A DNA stretch of 64,000 bases from a virus: IMG/VR virus record IMGVR_UViG_3300022723_000177, positions 1 through 64,000 of that record; one strand, given 5' to 3'. The position numbers and the translations under genes are program-made. Below are positions 27,291-35,479 of the stretch, one piece after another; within the stretch, counting starts at the first letter, position 1, and each line of letters opens with the position of its first letter. Below the pieces are notes generated by a model. It searched no databases. It had not been told where the DNA came from and worked only from the letters and a program-made list of their open reading frames with translations.

Positions 27291-28516
27291 CTATCCTGCG
27301 TGGGGTGATCGTCCCCAGCCACAACGACCTGCCTGGGCTCACTACCGGTGATCCGCACACGCAGTACGCGTTCCTGGCGGGGCGCGCTAGTGGGCAGACG
27401 CTCATCGGCGGTACGGCTGTGGGCGAGGATCTGACCCTCCAGGCGTCCACCACGCAGAACGCCACCAACGCGGTTCGGCTCGATACGCGGTTGGCGATGG
27501 ATGAGACGTGGCACGCTACCGGCGCGCTGTACCCCTTCACCCTTGGTGGCACCTACACCGAGACGGCGCTGGCCGCGACCGGCACCTTCAATCTGAACGG
27601 TACGGTCAACGTTAACACCATCGGCTTTCTGTACGACATCGTGCTGGCCAACATGACGTTCAACCAACAGGTTGCGCCGCTGATCGCCGCGTTCCAGCTG
27701 TTTCGCGCCAACGTGACTATCCAGAACAACGGCGCCAACACGCTCATGACGGCGATCGTCTTGAACGGCACGGTCATCCACAAGACCAACGCCACGGGTG
27801 GGGTGTGCCTGATCTCGGGACGCTACGAGGGCTCGCGCTCTGCCCCGCGCTACAACGCAGACACTAGCGGAGACACCCTCACCCACACCCAAGGCTCGCT
27901 GGGCTTCAACTACCAGCCCGAATTCACGACCGTTGCCGGTGCCGCCGTGAACATGGGCCCGCTGATTGGGTTCCAGTCTCTCGGTCCCACCGTGCAGGGA
28001 TCTAGTCCAGGCACCGTTACGTACAGCGACTATTGGGGTTTCTCGATGAGCCACCCCTCGGCCCTGGCCACAACCGCGGGCACAGTGGCCGCGTTTCAGT
28101 CATTTCTGCAGCCGGGCACCAACCGATTCTTCCTACGCAACACTGGGGCCGCACGCTCCAATTTCGGCGGCGGCAACGTCTTCAACATCGGTGAGCTGGC
28201 AGGCGTTGTCTCGGTGGATCCTGCGCTTGGGTCCAGCCAGAACAACTACGCTGGGTGGGTTGGCTCGACCACGCTGCGCATCACTCCTTCGGCGGCCATT
28301 TCACTCACCGGCCTCAGCGCTACCACGGCCGAGGTTGGCACCATCCTCCACATCCTGAACATGTCGGCGGTCAATACCCTGACGCTTGTTCACGAGTCAG
28401 GGGCTAGCTCCGCAGCCAACCGTTTCTTCTTTTCAACTGGCGCGAACCTGGTGATCCAACCGCTCCAGATTGTTACCGTCATGTACACCAACACTCGATG
28501 GAGGCGAATCGAATGA
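27287..28516 (+). CDS. Tail fibre protein
   Basis: N-terminal SHNDLPGLTTGDPHTQY matches the conserved phage tail-fibre N-terminal motif (HxxL.GL..GD.H.QY). Gly/Thr/Asn-rich beta repeats follow. GTG start overlaps the upstream TGA. Confidence 0.7.
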   Translation: MTILRGVIVPSHNDLPGLTTGDPHTQYAFLAGRASGQTLIGGTAVGEDLTLQASTTQNATNAVRLDTRLAMDETWHATGALYPFTLGGTYTETALAATGTFNLNGTVNVNTIGFLYDIVLANMTFNQQVAPLIAAFQLFRANVTIQNNGANTLMTAIVLNGTVIHKTNATGGVCLISGRYEGSRSAPRYNADTSGDTLTHTQGSLGFNYQPEFTTVAGAAVNMGPLIGFQSLGPTVQGSSPGTVTYSDYWGFSMSHPSALATTAGTVAAFQSFLQPGTNRFFLRNTGAARSNFGGGNVFNIGELAGVVSVDPALGSSQNNYAGWVGSTTLRITPSAAISLTGLSATTAEVGTILHILNMSAVNTLTLVHESGASSAANRFFFSTGANLVIQPLQIVTVMYTNTRWRRIE

Positions 28517-28668
28517 GCGGACACCGCGCGGTACCCGAGGAGCTGTTCAAGGCAATCCACGACCTGCTGATGAGCGAGCTGCCGATGGCGAAGGCTGAGC
28601 CCTATGTTCAGGCTCTCCGCCAGTGCGACTCGGTCAAGATCACGGGCACCGCTGACCAGGAGGAGTAA
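28513..28668 (+). CDS. Small hypothetical protein (51 aa)
   Basis: ATG at 28513 and TAA at 28666-28668 abutting the next ATG. Below the ORF-track length cut-off. Confidence 0.3.
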   Translation: MSGHRAVPEELFKAIHDLLMSELPMAKAEPYVQALRQCDSVKITGTADQEE

Positions 28669-29195
28669 TGGCCTTCATCGTCGCCTTCTTTACGACCGAC
28701 GGCGCCCCCGCCACGGGCCTGAGTCCGACCGTCCGCATTCGCCGGACGGACACGGGTGCGCTCGTGGAGACGGACACGGCGATGACGGAGTTGGGCGACG
28801 GCGGCTACGCCCGCAGCTTTGTCCCGTCGCCCTCGCTCGAGTACGCCATCCGAGCCGACAAGGGCTCGGGCAATGACTTCGAGCGCTACGTCTACGGCTA
28901 CTTGAGCGGCGCGGAGGCTGACCCGTCGGCCATCGCGGACGCGGTCTGGGACGAGGCGCTCGCTGGGCACGGAACGCTCACGACTACCGGAGGAGCCATG
29001 ACGCTCCTGCTCGGCGCGCTACGCAATGCCCAGCTGGACACCTCGAACTCCGCGCAGTGGGTGATCTTGGTGAAAGATCCGGCGGATGACAACACGGTGT
29101 TGCTGACCATGAATCTCGACGACCAGGACGGGAACGCGATCAACGACGCGAACCCGATCCAAGGTACGTTCGTGGCGAACAAGGAGCCAGTTTAA
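28668..29195 (+). CDS. Hypothetical tail-associated protein
   Basis: 175 aa ORF with caggaggagtaATG RBS. Confidence 0.5.
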   Translation: MAFIVAFFTTDGAPATGLSPTVRIRRTDTGALVETDTAMTELGDGGYARSFVPSPSLEYAIRADKGSGNDFERYVYGYLSGAEADPSAIADAVWDEALAGHGTLTTTGGAMTLLLGALRNAQLDTSNSAQWVILVKDPADDNTVLLTMNLDDQDGNAINDANPIQGTFVANKEPV

Positions 29196-29281
29196 CGCCG
29201 CCGCCCCCGTAGGTGGGGTGGCGCCCACTATGATGATCTTCCCGCTAGCCCGATTCACCCGCGGACTCTAAGGAGTCGACA

Positions 29282-29818
29282 ATGCTGATGCCCGTACCCG
29301 ACGTGGGCTTCCCGATGGATGGGGGCAGCGGCGGGGACCTACCCAATTCAGGCGTGGTGAAACTCGCCCTACCCGCACCCCTGGTCCTCAAGGTCCCCGG
29401 GAGGGTGAAGCTTCGGGTCGTCTCTGATACACTGGGGGACATGGCCGGAGTATCCGTTCCGAACGCGCCTGAGACTTTCGAAATCAAGCGCAACGATCTG
29501 CTGCCCACGTACGACGTCGAGGTCTTCGACGCCGACGACCAGCCCGTGGATCTGTCCGCGGCGACGGACGTGTTCTTCACGATGCAGAGCGACGACGCGA
29601 CGCTGAAGATCAATCGTCAGCCGGGCTCCGTAGAGCTCGGTTCAGACAGCGTGACCCAGAGCGTGCTGCGTTACCCGTGGTCCGCCGGAGACACGGACGA
29701 GAGCGGCCGCTTCATCGCGGAGTTCGAGGTGGTCTTCGCCGCAGGCAAGCGAACCTTCCCCGCCTCTCGCCTCCAGGCCCTCGAGATCCAGATCATCGAC
29801 GACCTTGACGCGACCTAG
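29282..29818 (+). CDS. Hypothetical tail-associated protein (Ig-like?)
   Basis: 178 aa ORF with aaggagtcgacaATG RBS. Confidence 0.5.
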   Translation: MLMPVPDVGFPMDGGSGGDLPNSGVVKLALPAPLVLKVPGRVKLRVVSDTLGDMAGVSVPNAPETFEIKRNDLLPTYDVEVFDADDQPVDLSAATDVFFTMQSDDATLKINRQPGSVELGSDSVTQSVLRYPWSAGDTDESGRFIAEFEVVFAAGKRTFPASRLQALEIQIIDDLDAT

Positions 29819-29832
29819 AGAGGGGCCCGCCC

Positions 29833-30081
29833 GTGCCCGAGCAGACGACCGACCAGAAGATTGACCGGATGCTAGAGACGATCGCCCGGATCGACGAACG
29901 CACCAAGAACATCGCAGAGAACTCCAAGGAGAGACTCGCGGCCGCGCACGCGCGGATGGACGGCATCAGCGAGGACGTGCGCGAAGTACGCCGGGCGAGC
30001 GTCAAAGCCGGAACCGCGACCGGCGGAGGCACAGCCGCCATTCTCGCCCTGATCCAGTATCTGTTCCGGGGTGACCTGTGA
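29833..30081 (+). CDS. Holin-like small membrane protein (putative)
   Basis: 82 aa with a charged N-terminus and a single C-terminal hydrophobic segment (GTATGGGTAAILALIQYLF). It sits immediately upstream of the endolysin and overlaps its start. Confidence 0.45.
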   Translation: MPEQTTDQKIDRMLETIARIDERTKNIAENSKERLAAAHARMDGISEDVREVRRASVKAGTATGGGTAAILALIQYLFRGDL

Positions 30082-30617
30082 GCCACAGCTTCGCATTCCA
30101 CGCGGCGCTCGACTTCTCCCTGAAGTGGGAGGGCGGCTACGTGAATCACCCGAACGATCCGGGCGGCGAGACCAAGTACGGAATCTCCAAGCGCGCCCAT
30201 CCCGACGTCGACATCGCCGCGCTCACGAAGCAGCAGGCGGCCGACATCTACCACAAGAAGTACTGGACGAAGATCCGCGGCGACGAGCTCCCTCGAGGCG
30301 TTTCCATGGCGGTCTTCGACTACGCGATCCACGGCGGTGTGTCGCGCGCCATCCGAGGTCTCCAGCGGGCCGTCGGGGGCGTCGCGGTCGATGGGCAGCT
30401 CGGGCCCATCACGCTGGGGGCCGCCCGGCAGGCCGTACACGACCTAGGCAACGCGGAGCTTGCGTACCGGGTCGTCGACCGCCGGGTGGCCCACCTCGCC
30501 GGCCTCGTGCGCCGCGCACCCGAGCGCTACGGCGTGTTCCTGCACGGCTGGCTTCGCCGCACCCACGATCTCGTGCGCGAGCTCGCCAGCACCCCTGAAT
30601 TCAACACGGGGACCTAA
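30078..30617 (+). CDS. Endolysin: glycoside hydrolase family 108 lysozyme with C-terminal peptidoglycan-binding domain
   Basis: FSLKWEGGYVNHPNDPGGETKYGI is the GH108 N-terminal signature. The C-terminal region resembles PG_binding_3. Confidence 0.85.
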   Translation: MSHSFAFHAALDFSLKWEGGYVNHPNDPGGETKYGISKRAHPDVDIAALTKQQAADIYHKKYWTKIRGDELPRGVSMAVFDYAIHGGVSRAIRGLQRAVGGVAVDGQLGPITLGAARQAVHDLGNAELAYRVVDRRVAHLAGLVRRAPERYGVFLHGWLRRTHDLVRELASTPEFNTGT

Positions 30618-30621
30618 GAGG

Positions 30622-31524
30622 ATGCACGCCCTTGTACTCAGCGGCGGGGGAGCGCTGGGTGCCTGGAGCGCCGGCGCGGCCTCCGAGATCGTCCGCTTCT
30701 TCGCCACCACCCACGAACCGATCGCGCTCATCTCCGGGACCTCCGTCGGCGCGGCCAACGCGGCGAAGCTGGTCCAGGACGGGCCCGACCCGCTACTCGA
30801 GCTCTGGCGCAACGTCACCCGCAGGGACGTCTACGTGCGAGGTGCCGCGGGCCCACTGACCTCGGCCTACCGGCTCCTGCGGGGGCGCCCTCTCTACGAC
30901 ACCCGGCCCCTCGCCGCACTGCTCGGTCGCGAGCTCAGCGCGGCCAAGATCGCGGCCTCTCGCTGTGAGCTTCGCGTCCACGCAGCCGATCTAGGCTCCA
31001 GGGCTCTGGTGACCTGGACCGGGCGCTCTCCGGGCCTCCTGGAGGCAATCCGCGGATCCATGGCGATCCCTGGGTTGTTCCCGCCGGTGAGGGTGGGCGG
31101 CCTGGCCCTGGTCGACGGTGGGGTCGTGGCCAACGCCCCGATCGGTCCGGCGATCCGCGCGGGGGCGACGCGCGTGACAGTCCTGCACCCGGACAACGAG
31201 GTGGTGGTGCCCCCGAGGGAGGCCGAGGAGCTGCTGCGGCCGAAGAGCGTCACGCCGGCCTGGCTGTGGGATCGCTCGGCACTTCGCACTTTGAAGCGCT
31301 CGCTCGAGATCATGTTGACCGGCCACATGGAGCGGGACATCCGGATGACGCGCATGGCGAATCAGCTCGACAGCTACCGGACGGTGCGGCTCGACGTGAT
31401 CTCGCCCCCGACCGCACTCGACCCAGACGGCGGAGCACTACTGGACTTCCGGCGCGAGGTTCTCGACGCCCTGCTCGAGCGCGGGATCCGTGACGGCCGG
31501 CGATGGATCCGGAGGCGCGCCTAG
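30622..31524 (+). CDS. Patatin-like phospholipase
   Basis: LVLSGGGALGAWSAG (oxyanion hole), GTSVG (GxSxG nucleophile) and a later DGG (catalytic Asp). Start at the internal ATG at 30622, with a GAGG-type RBS upstream and a 1-nt overlap with the endolysin stop. Confidence 0.8.
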   Translation: MHALVLSGGGALGAWSAGAASEIVRFFATTHEPIALISGTSVGAANAAKLVQDGPDPLLELWRNVTRRDVYVRGAAGPLTSAYRLLRGRPLYDTRPLAALLGRELSAAKIAASRCELRVHAADLGSRALVTWTGRSPGLLEAIRGSMAIPGLFPPVRVGGLALVDGGVVANAPIGPAIRAGATRVTVLHPDNEVVVPPREAEELLRPKSVTPAWLWDRSALRTLKRSLEIMLTGHMERDIRMTRMANQLDSYRTVRLDVISPPTALDPDGGALLDFRREVLDALLERGIRDGRRWIRRRA

Positions 31525-31533
31525 TTTCTCTCT

Positions 31534-31615
31534 TGGCGCCGGCGGGGATCGAACCCGCGTTTCCCAGTGAGTAGCGACCTCACACAGGGTGTCCTAACCG
31601 CTAGACGACGGCGCC
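31534..31615 (-). tRNA. tRNA-like element with atypical anticodon arm
   Basis: The minus-strand sequence folds by eye into a 7-bp acceptor stem GGCGCCG/CGGCGCC, a D-arm GTCT-AGCGGTTA-GGAC, and a T-arm GCGGG-TTCGATC-CCCGC (GGTTCGATCC box). The anticodon region does not fold canonically, and no CCA is encoded. Confidence 0.5.
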
Positions 31616-31782
31616 ACAGGATCATTCGGCGGGGCAGGCTCGAGGTCGCTGCACGACTCGAAGAAATGGCAGCGGCTGCAGAGCAGCTTGCATTTCCTGG
31701 GCTCGAGTTCGGCCCCGCAGTTCGGGCAGATCACTTCACATAGGCAGAGCTGATGGTCGCGAAGCGTTCCGACCACGCCCAT
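31594..31782 (-). CDS. Small zinc-ribbon protein
   Basis: CPNCGAELEPRKCKLLCSRCHFFESC. ATG at 31782. Confidence 0.4.
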   Translation of the reverse strand: MGVVGTLRDHQLCLCEVICPNCGAELEPRKCKLLCSRCHFFESCSDLEPAPPNDPVAPSSSG

Positions 31783-32081
31783 TCGTTCATGACGTAGCAC
31801 TGAAACTCGTGGTCTTCGAGCTCGAGGTTGCACTCGGTGCAGAGTTCCAGCTGCCTGATCGCGCGCTCGTAGTCCTTGGAGTGGTCCTCGGGCTCAGGCA
31901 GGTCGAAGAAGAGGTTGACGTCTTCTCCGTGCTCGAGCGCCTCGAGGCGCGCCTTGAGCTGAATGCGGACTTCGTCGCGCCAGCCGTCCACGGCCTCTCC
32001 GTACTCGTGGTCGTGGTCGGCGGCGTTGGCGCGGAGGATCTCCAGGATCCCGGCCTTCTGGTAAGTGAGCTTGCTCTTCAT
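31731..32081 (-). CDS. Hypothetical acidic protein (116 aa)
   Basis: Coding-like composition. First gene of the leftward operon's distal end. Confidence 0.5.
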   Translation of the reverse strand: MKSKLTYQKAGILEILRANAADHDHEYGEAVDGWRDEVRIQLKARLEALEHGEDVNLFFDLPEPEDHSKDYERAIRQLELCTECNLELEDHEFQCYVMNEWAWSERFATISSAYVK

Positions 32082-32425
32082 TGTCGATTCCTCCGTGCAA
32101 TCTGTCTAGCGATCGCGTTGATGTGATCTGGGAACCCCCGGTGGTGGAAGCCGGTGCCGGCCTTCAGTGCCTCGAGGTCCATGATCTTTTCGAAGTGCCA
32201 GACCCCGGCATCCTTCGCCTCGTCGAAGCGCTCGATCAGCTCAAGGCAGAGAGCGTCGAACGGCGAGTCGGGGATCGCTGAGATCGCGTGTTCGTAGTAG
32301 AGCCGCGACAAAATCGCGTAGGCATTGACGAGGCGGCGGAGACTCCCTGGGAAAGGGGGACCAGAGACGAGGGACACGAAGTACTCCTCGTACGCCTCCG
32401 CCGCGTCGTCAAGCCAGTCGCTCAC
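32078..32425 (-). CDS. Hypothetical protein (115 aa)
   Basis: ATGA-coupled to the downstream gene. Confidence 0.5.
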   Translation of the reverse strand: MSDWLDDAAEAYEEYFVSLVSGPPFPGSLRRLVNAYAILSRLYYEHAISAIPDSPFDALCLELIERFDEAKDAGVWHFEKIMDLEALKAGTGFHHRGFPDHINAIARQIARRNRQ

Positions 32426-32516
32426 GGCGCCCAGTACATCCAGGTGCTAGTGAGTAGCGGAAGAACGTGTTCGGCGAAGTAGATACCGAACGCCGCTCCA
32501 ACGAGCATCTTCGTCA

Positions 32517-33038
32517 TCAGAAGATGCTCCGGCCCGCTTCTGCGAAGCAGGGGCCGACCGTGTCGAGATCCGTGCCGAACTCACCCGTGCCGGTGGTACA
32601 CTGCCCGCGTCCGGGGGTGAAGTTGCCCGACGCGTCCGTACCGAAGTAGCCCCACGACTGGACGATCCCGTCCCCATCGATGTCGGCCTGGGCGTCGATG
32701 GTGAACTGCTGTCCGACCACCGCGACGGCGTAGTTGAAGTACACGTTGCCCGTAGGCGCCCAACCGATCCTGTCGAAATCGACGCTGGGGGTCCACGGCT
32801 GCTTCTCCGAAGCGAGCGCGGTAGTGGGGTTCACCGCAGCCGCGACGTAGCGGCCGAACTCCGCCTCGTACGAGACCTCGGCCGTCCGGATCGCCGCGAT
32901 GTTCACCTTGCCTTCGGTGCTCTTCGCGGCCTTCTGGAACTTCAGAAAGTTCGGGATGGCGATGCTCGCCAGGATGCCCACGATTGCGACGCACACCATG
33001 AGCTCGATCAGAGTGAAACCGTTCTGTCGACGTACCAT
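32517..33038 (-). CDS. pilA: Type IV pilin (PilA-like major pilin with class III prepilin signal)
   Basis: MVRRQNG|FTLIELMVCVAIVGILASIAIPNFLKFQ gives the prepilin peptidase site G|F, Glu+5 and a hydrophobic alpha-1 helix, closely matching the Myxococcus xanthus PilA N-terminus. GGAGGA RBS 7 nt upstream of the ATG at 33038. C-terminal Cys pair. Confidence 0.85.
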   Translation of the reverse strand: MVRRQNGFTLIELMVCVAIVGILASIAIPNFLKFQKAAKSTEGKVNIAAIRTAEVSYEAEFGRYVAAAVNPTTALASEKQPWTPSVDFDRIGWAPTGNVYFNYAVAVVGQQFTIDAQADIDGDGIVQSWGYFGTDASGNFTPGRGQCTTGTGEFGTDLDTVGPCFAEAGRSIF

Positions 33039-33077
33039 TTTCGATCCTCCGTCTTCCGTCAATGTAGCCGTGTTCGG

Positions 33078-33317
33078 CTACTCGGGTTGCTGGCTTGAGT
33101 GCCAGGCCTCGTCCGCCTCTTCGATGAGGCGGTCAAGATTGTTGCTGAAGATCGCCGCGCGACGCGGCGCCGGGAAGTTTTTCCTGCCGAAGGTCACGAG
33201 CAGGACGAGTGCGTCGATGATCTCGCACACCGCGTAAGCCATGAGCTGGAACCGCTCGATCTTTCGGCCCTTCGGGCTCTCGGCCTCGAGTGAAGTGCTC
33301 TTGATCCATCCGTCCAT
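33078..33317 (-). CDS. Hypothetical small protein
   Basis: Only the C-terminal 79 codons of ORF 33078..33782 look protein-like; the upstream part is SR-rich out-of-frame-looking sequence. Confidence 0.35.
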   Translation of the reverse strand: MDGWIKSTSLEAESPKGRKIERFQLMAYAVCEIIDALVLLVTFGRKNFPAPRRAAIFSNNLDRLIEEADEAWHSSQQPE

Positions 33318-33352
33318 CTCGGCCTGTTTCTTCAGGTCGGCCCAGAATACGC

Positions 33353-33595
33353 TCAGCTTCGACACGATGCACCTTCCTTTCGCTGTCGTTGTAGGTGGAG
33401 CACCGCAGCGTAGGCCTTCTGATACTCCTCGTCGAGGATCTGCCGCAGTGCGAGCACTGTCTCGTTCGGGTGCCTCGGCGGCAGCCCGTCGTAGATGTCT
33501 TCCGCCGCGAGGCGGGTCACGAACTCTCGGAGCTCTTTCCCGAGCTCGGCCGTCCGCGGGCGCGGCGCACGCCGCTTCATTCGGTGGTCCTTCAT
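33353..33595 (-). CDS. Hypothetical basic protein (80 aa)
   Basis: ATG at 33595 overlaps the upstream stop (ATGA). Confidence 0.45.
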   Translation of the reverse strand: MKDHRMKRRAPRPRTAELGKELREFVTRLAAEDIYDGLPPRHPNETVLALRQILDEEYQKAYAAVLHLQRQRKEGASCRS

Positions 33596-33894
33596 GACAC
33601 GATACCTCCACAGACCGAGCACTCTCTGGACTGGTCCGGCTGATGTCCTTCCACCAGACAACGGCCGACCGCGACGCTGAGGTCGTCACACCCGTGCTCG
33701 GCGTGAAGCTCGAGCAGATCGTTCGGCCTGTGCAGCGTGCCCATCGCGAGAGGCTCCGACTGAATGTATTCCTCGTACTCATCGTAGAGCTCGCGGCTCA
33801 GATTGCGGGCACCGCCTCGCGGAGTGTTCCTGTGTTTCATCGCGCCAGCACGCCGGAAGTGGGCGTCAACGGCATTCCAGTCTCGGGCTTTCAT
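33592..33894 (-). CDS. Hypothetical protein (100 aa)
   Basis: Coding-like; part of the leftward operon. Confidence 0.45.
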   Translation of the reverse strand: MKARDWNAVDAHFRRAGAMKHRNTPRGGARNLSRELYDEYEEYIQSEPLAMGTLHRPNDLLELHAEHGCDDLSVAVGRCLVEGHQPDQSRECSVCGGIVS

Positions 33895-33898
33895 CTCG

Positions 33899-34141
33899 TT
33901 ACCTCCTGCAGACCTTGGCCGGCCGGAAAGACCTGATGGGCCCCTTCGGCGGGATCACCTTGACGATCGGTCCGTCCTTGTCTTCGGTGATCATGAAGAC
34001 CTTACCCACGAAGCCCGGGATGATGAACCCCCTGGACTGTCGCGGAGGGACGTGAACCTCGTCGCCATCCACCACTGTAGCACCGTCACCCACTTCTACG
34101 CTCTCGAGGCGCCGCGGCACGAACTCAGGCTCCGGAGAAAC
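33899..34141 (-). CDS. Hypothetical protein
   Basis: 3' part of ORF 33899..34249. Start placed at the internal GTG (34141 or 34120) to avoid the upstream gene's stop at 34125. Confidence 0.35.
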   Translation of the reverse strand, partial: VSPEPEFVPRRLESVEVGDGATVVDGDEVHVPPRQSRGFIIPGFVGKVFMITEDKDGPIVKVIPPKGPIRSFRPAKVCRR

Positions 34142-34550
34142 TGCTTCCTTCTTCGCCTCCTCCCGCTCCGGACGGCGGGCCCGCGCCTTGCGCTCCTTGC
34201 TCTTCCCGGGCGGCTTGCGCCGCGCCTTCTTCGAACCTCTTGCGGCCACTGTGTCCCCCTTTCAAGGATACGTTTCGGTGCGCGGCTTCAAAAACCTGAG
34301 AGATCTTTTCGTCGCCATCCAAGAAAAGTCTCTCCCGCTTCTCGCGCTGGATCTTCTCGTGGATCTCGACCGGGGTCGCCGCGAACGCGAACATGGTTCC
34401 GTATGGAGTGTAGAGATCCCATCCCGCGAGACTCCCGCCCGAGTAGATCGGCACCACCATGAACCTGTCCTCGAGCGTGACCGCGTTTGGTACCAGCGGC
34501 GGCCACTCCGCCTCCGCCAGCAGCTGCTCGAGACGCTCGTCGGGAGTCAT
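34125..34550 (-). CDS. Hypothetical protein
   Basis: MTPDERLEQLLAEAEW...; ATG at 34550 abuts the radical-SAM gene stop. Confidence 0.45.
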   Translation of the reverse strand: MTPDERLEQLLAEAEWPPLVPNAVTLEDRFMVVPIYSGGSLAGWDLYTPYGTMFAFAATPVEIHEKIQREKRERLFLDGDEKISQVFEAAHRNVSLKGGHSGRKRFEEGAAQAAREEQGAQGAGPPSGAGGGEEGSSFSGA

Positions 34551-35479
34551 GACACGAACATCCCACACGATGCGGCCACGTCTTCACCGACACGCTCGAT
34601 CACTTTGATCTTCGGCTTGTATCCAGCGAACATATGGAGCTCGCGCTCGATGGTCTGCCCGTAGTGTGTGCGTGCCACCCATGAGGACTCTTCGCTGTGC
34701 CCCTCGGCCGGCGGGTTATACCTGACGAAGGTGAAGTCAGCGCGGAGCCCCGCCTCGCGGACCGCTTTCGCGACGGCGACTGCGTCCGTCAGCGAATCGT
34801 TCTCGCCGCGGATCAGCGCGTAGTGGATCCGCACGATCTTCTTCGAGTGCTGCTGCCACTCCGCCAGGAGATCGAGCGCCATTGACGGATCCATCGCGCG
34901 CGGAAGCCAACGCCTTCGGAAGTCGGGGTCCACAGAGTAGAGTGAGTAGTAGATCTCCGGCTGCACGAACGGGAACATCTGCGGAAGCGTGATGTCCTCG
35001 AGCCCGAGCGCCTGGTCCTCGCGCTTCTTCGGCATGATCGTCGACACCAGGAACCGCGGCATCAGTCCGAGACCGCGGCCGGCGTCGTAGAGACCCTTGA
35101 AGATGTCCTGGCTCTTCTCGCGGAACACTTGGCTGTCGAGCGGCTCGCCGCGGGCCATGAAGTTGTAGTGGACCACGCGCGCACGAATGCCCCCGTCTAG
35201 GGCGCGGTCGCGCTCGATCGGGTCGAACACGTCGTAGAGCACGGCGCGTGCCTGCTCGAGGATCCGCGTGACCTCCAGATCCCGGTACCTGGTCTGCCCG
35301 GTCTGGGTCAGGTGACACATGCGGCAGGCCTGGGCGCAGCCCGTCTGAGTCGAGAGGTAGCAGGCGACGTAGTCGTCGTGGCGTCTGACGTAGCGAGCCT
35401 CGATCTTCCCGAGTGCCCTCTCCCACACCAGGTTCACGCTGTCATCAATCTCGCTGTCTTGCCGGATGTAGCCGCTCAT
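34547..35479 (-). CDS. Radical SAM enzyme, RlmN/Cfr-like (putative RNA C-methylating enzyme)
   Basis: ACYLSTQTGCAQACRMCH carries the CxxxCxxC 4Fe-4S/SAM motif in the RlmN/Cfr context (SSQxGCxxxCxFC). C-terminal ASCGMF resembles the conserved RlmN second-cysteine AACGQL motif. 310 aa, shorter than cellular RlmN. Confidence 0.7.
   Translation of the reverse strand: MSGYIRQDSEIDDSVNLVWERALGKIEARYVRRHDDYVACYLSTQTGCAQACRMCHLTQTGQTRYRDLEVTRILEQARAVLYDVFDPIERDRALDGGIRARVVHYNFMARGEPLDSQVFREKSQDIFKGLYDAGRGLGLMPRFLVSTIMPKKREDQALGLEDITLPQMFPFVQPEIYYSLYSVDPDFRRRWLPRAMDPSMALDLLAEWQQHSKKIVRIHYALIRGENDSLTDAVAVAKAVREAGLRADFTFVRYNPPAEGHSEESSWVARTHYGQTIERELHMFAGYKPKIKVIERVGEDVAASCGMFVS

Noticed and set aside
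13175-31291. Exact 16-mer ctcggcacttcgcact shared by the Mu-F-like gene and the patatin gene
   Set aside because: Both copies encode the peptide SALRT with the preferred codons. A single 16-mer coincidence is roughly a chance-level event in 64 kb of biased sequence, so it is not evidence of recombination or a mobile element. The broader motif enrichment is reported separately.
31534-31615. Calling this a standard tRNA with a defined anticodon
   Set aside because: Acceptor, D and T arms are canonical, but the anticodon arm could not be folded into a 5-bp stem and 7-nt loop by hand, so it was reported only as tRNA-like pending tRNAscan-SE or ARAGORN.
33078-33782. 234-aa minus-strand ORF
   Set aside because: Only the C-terminal about 80 codons look like protein. 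The N-terminal two-thirds is Ser/Arg/Thr-rich junk overlapping better ORFs (33353..33595), so only a short 3' gene was called.
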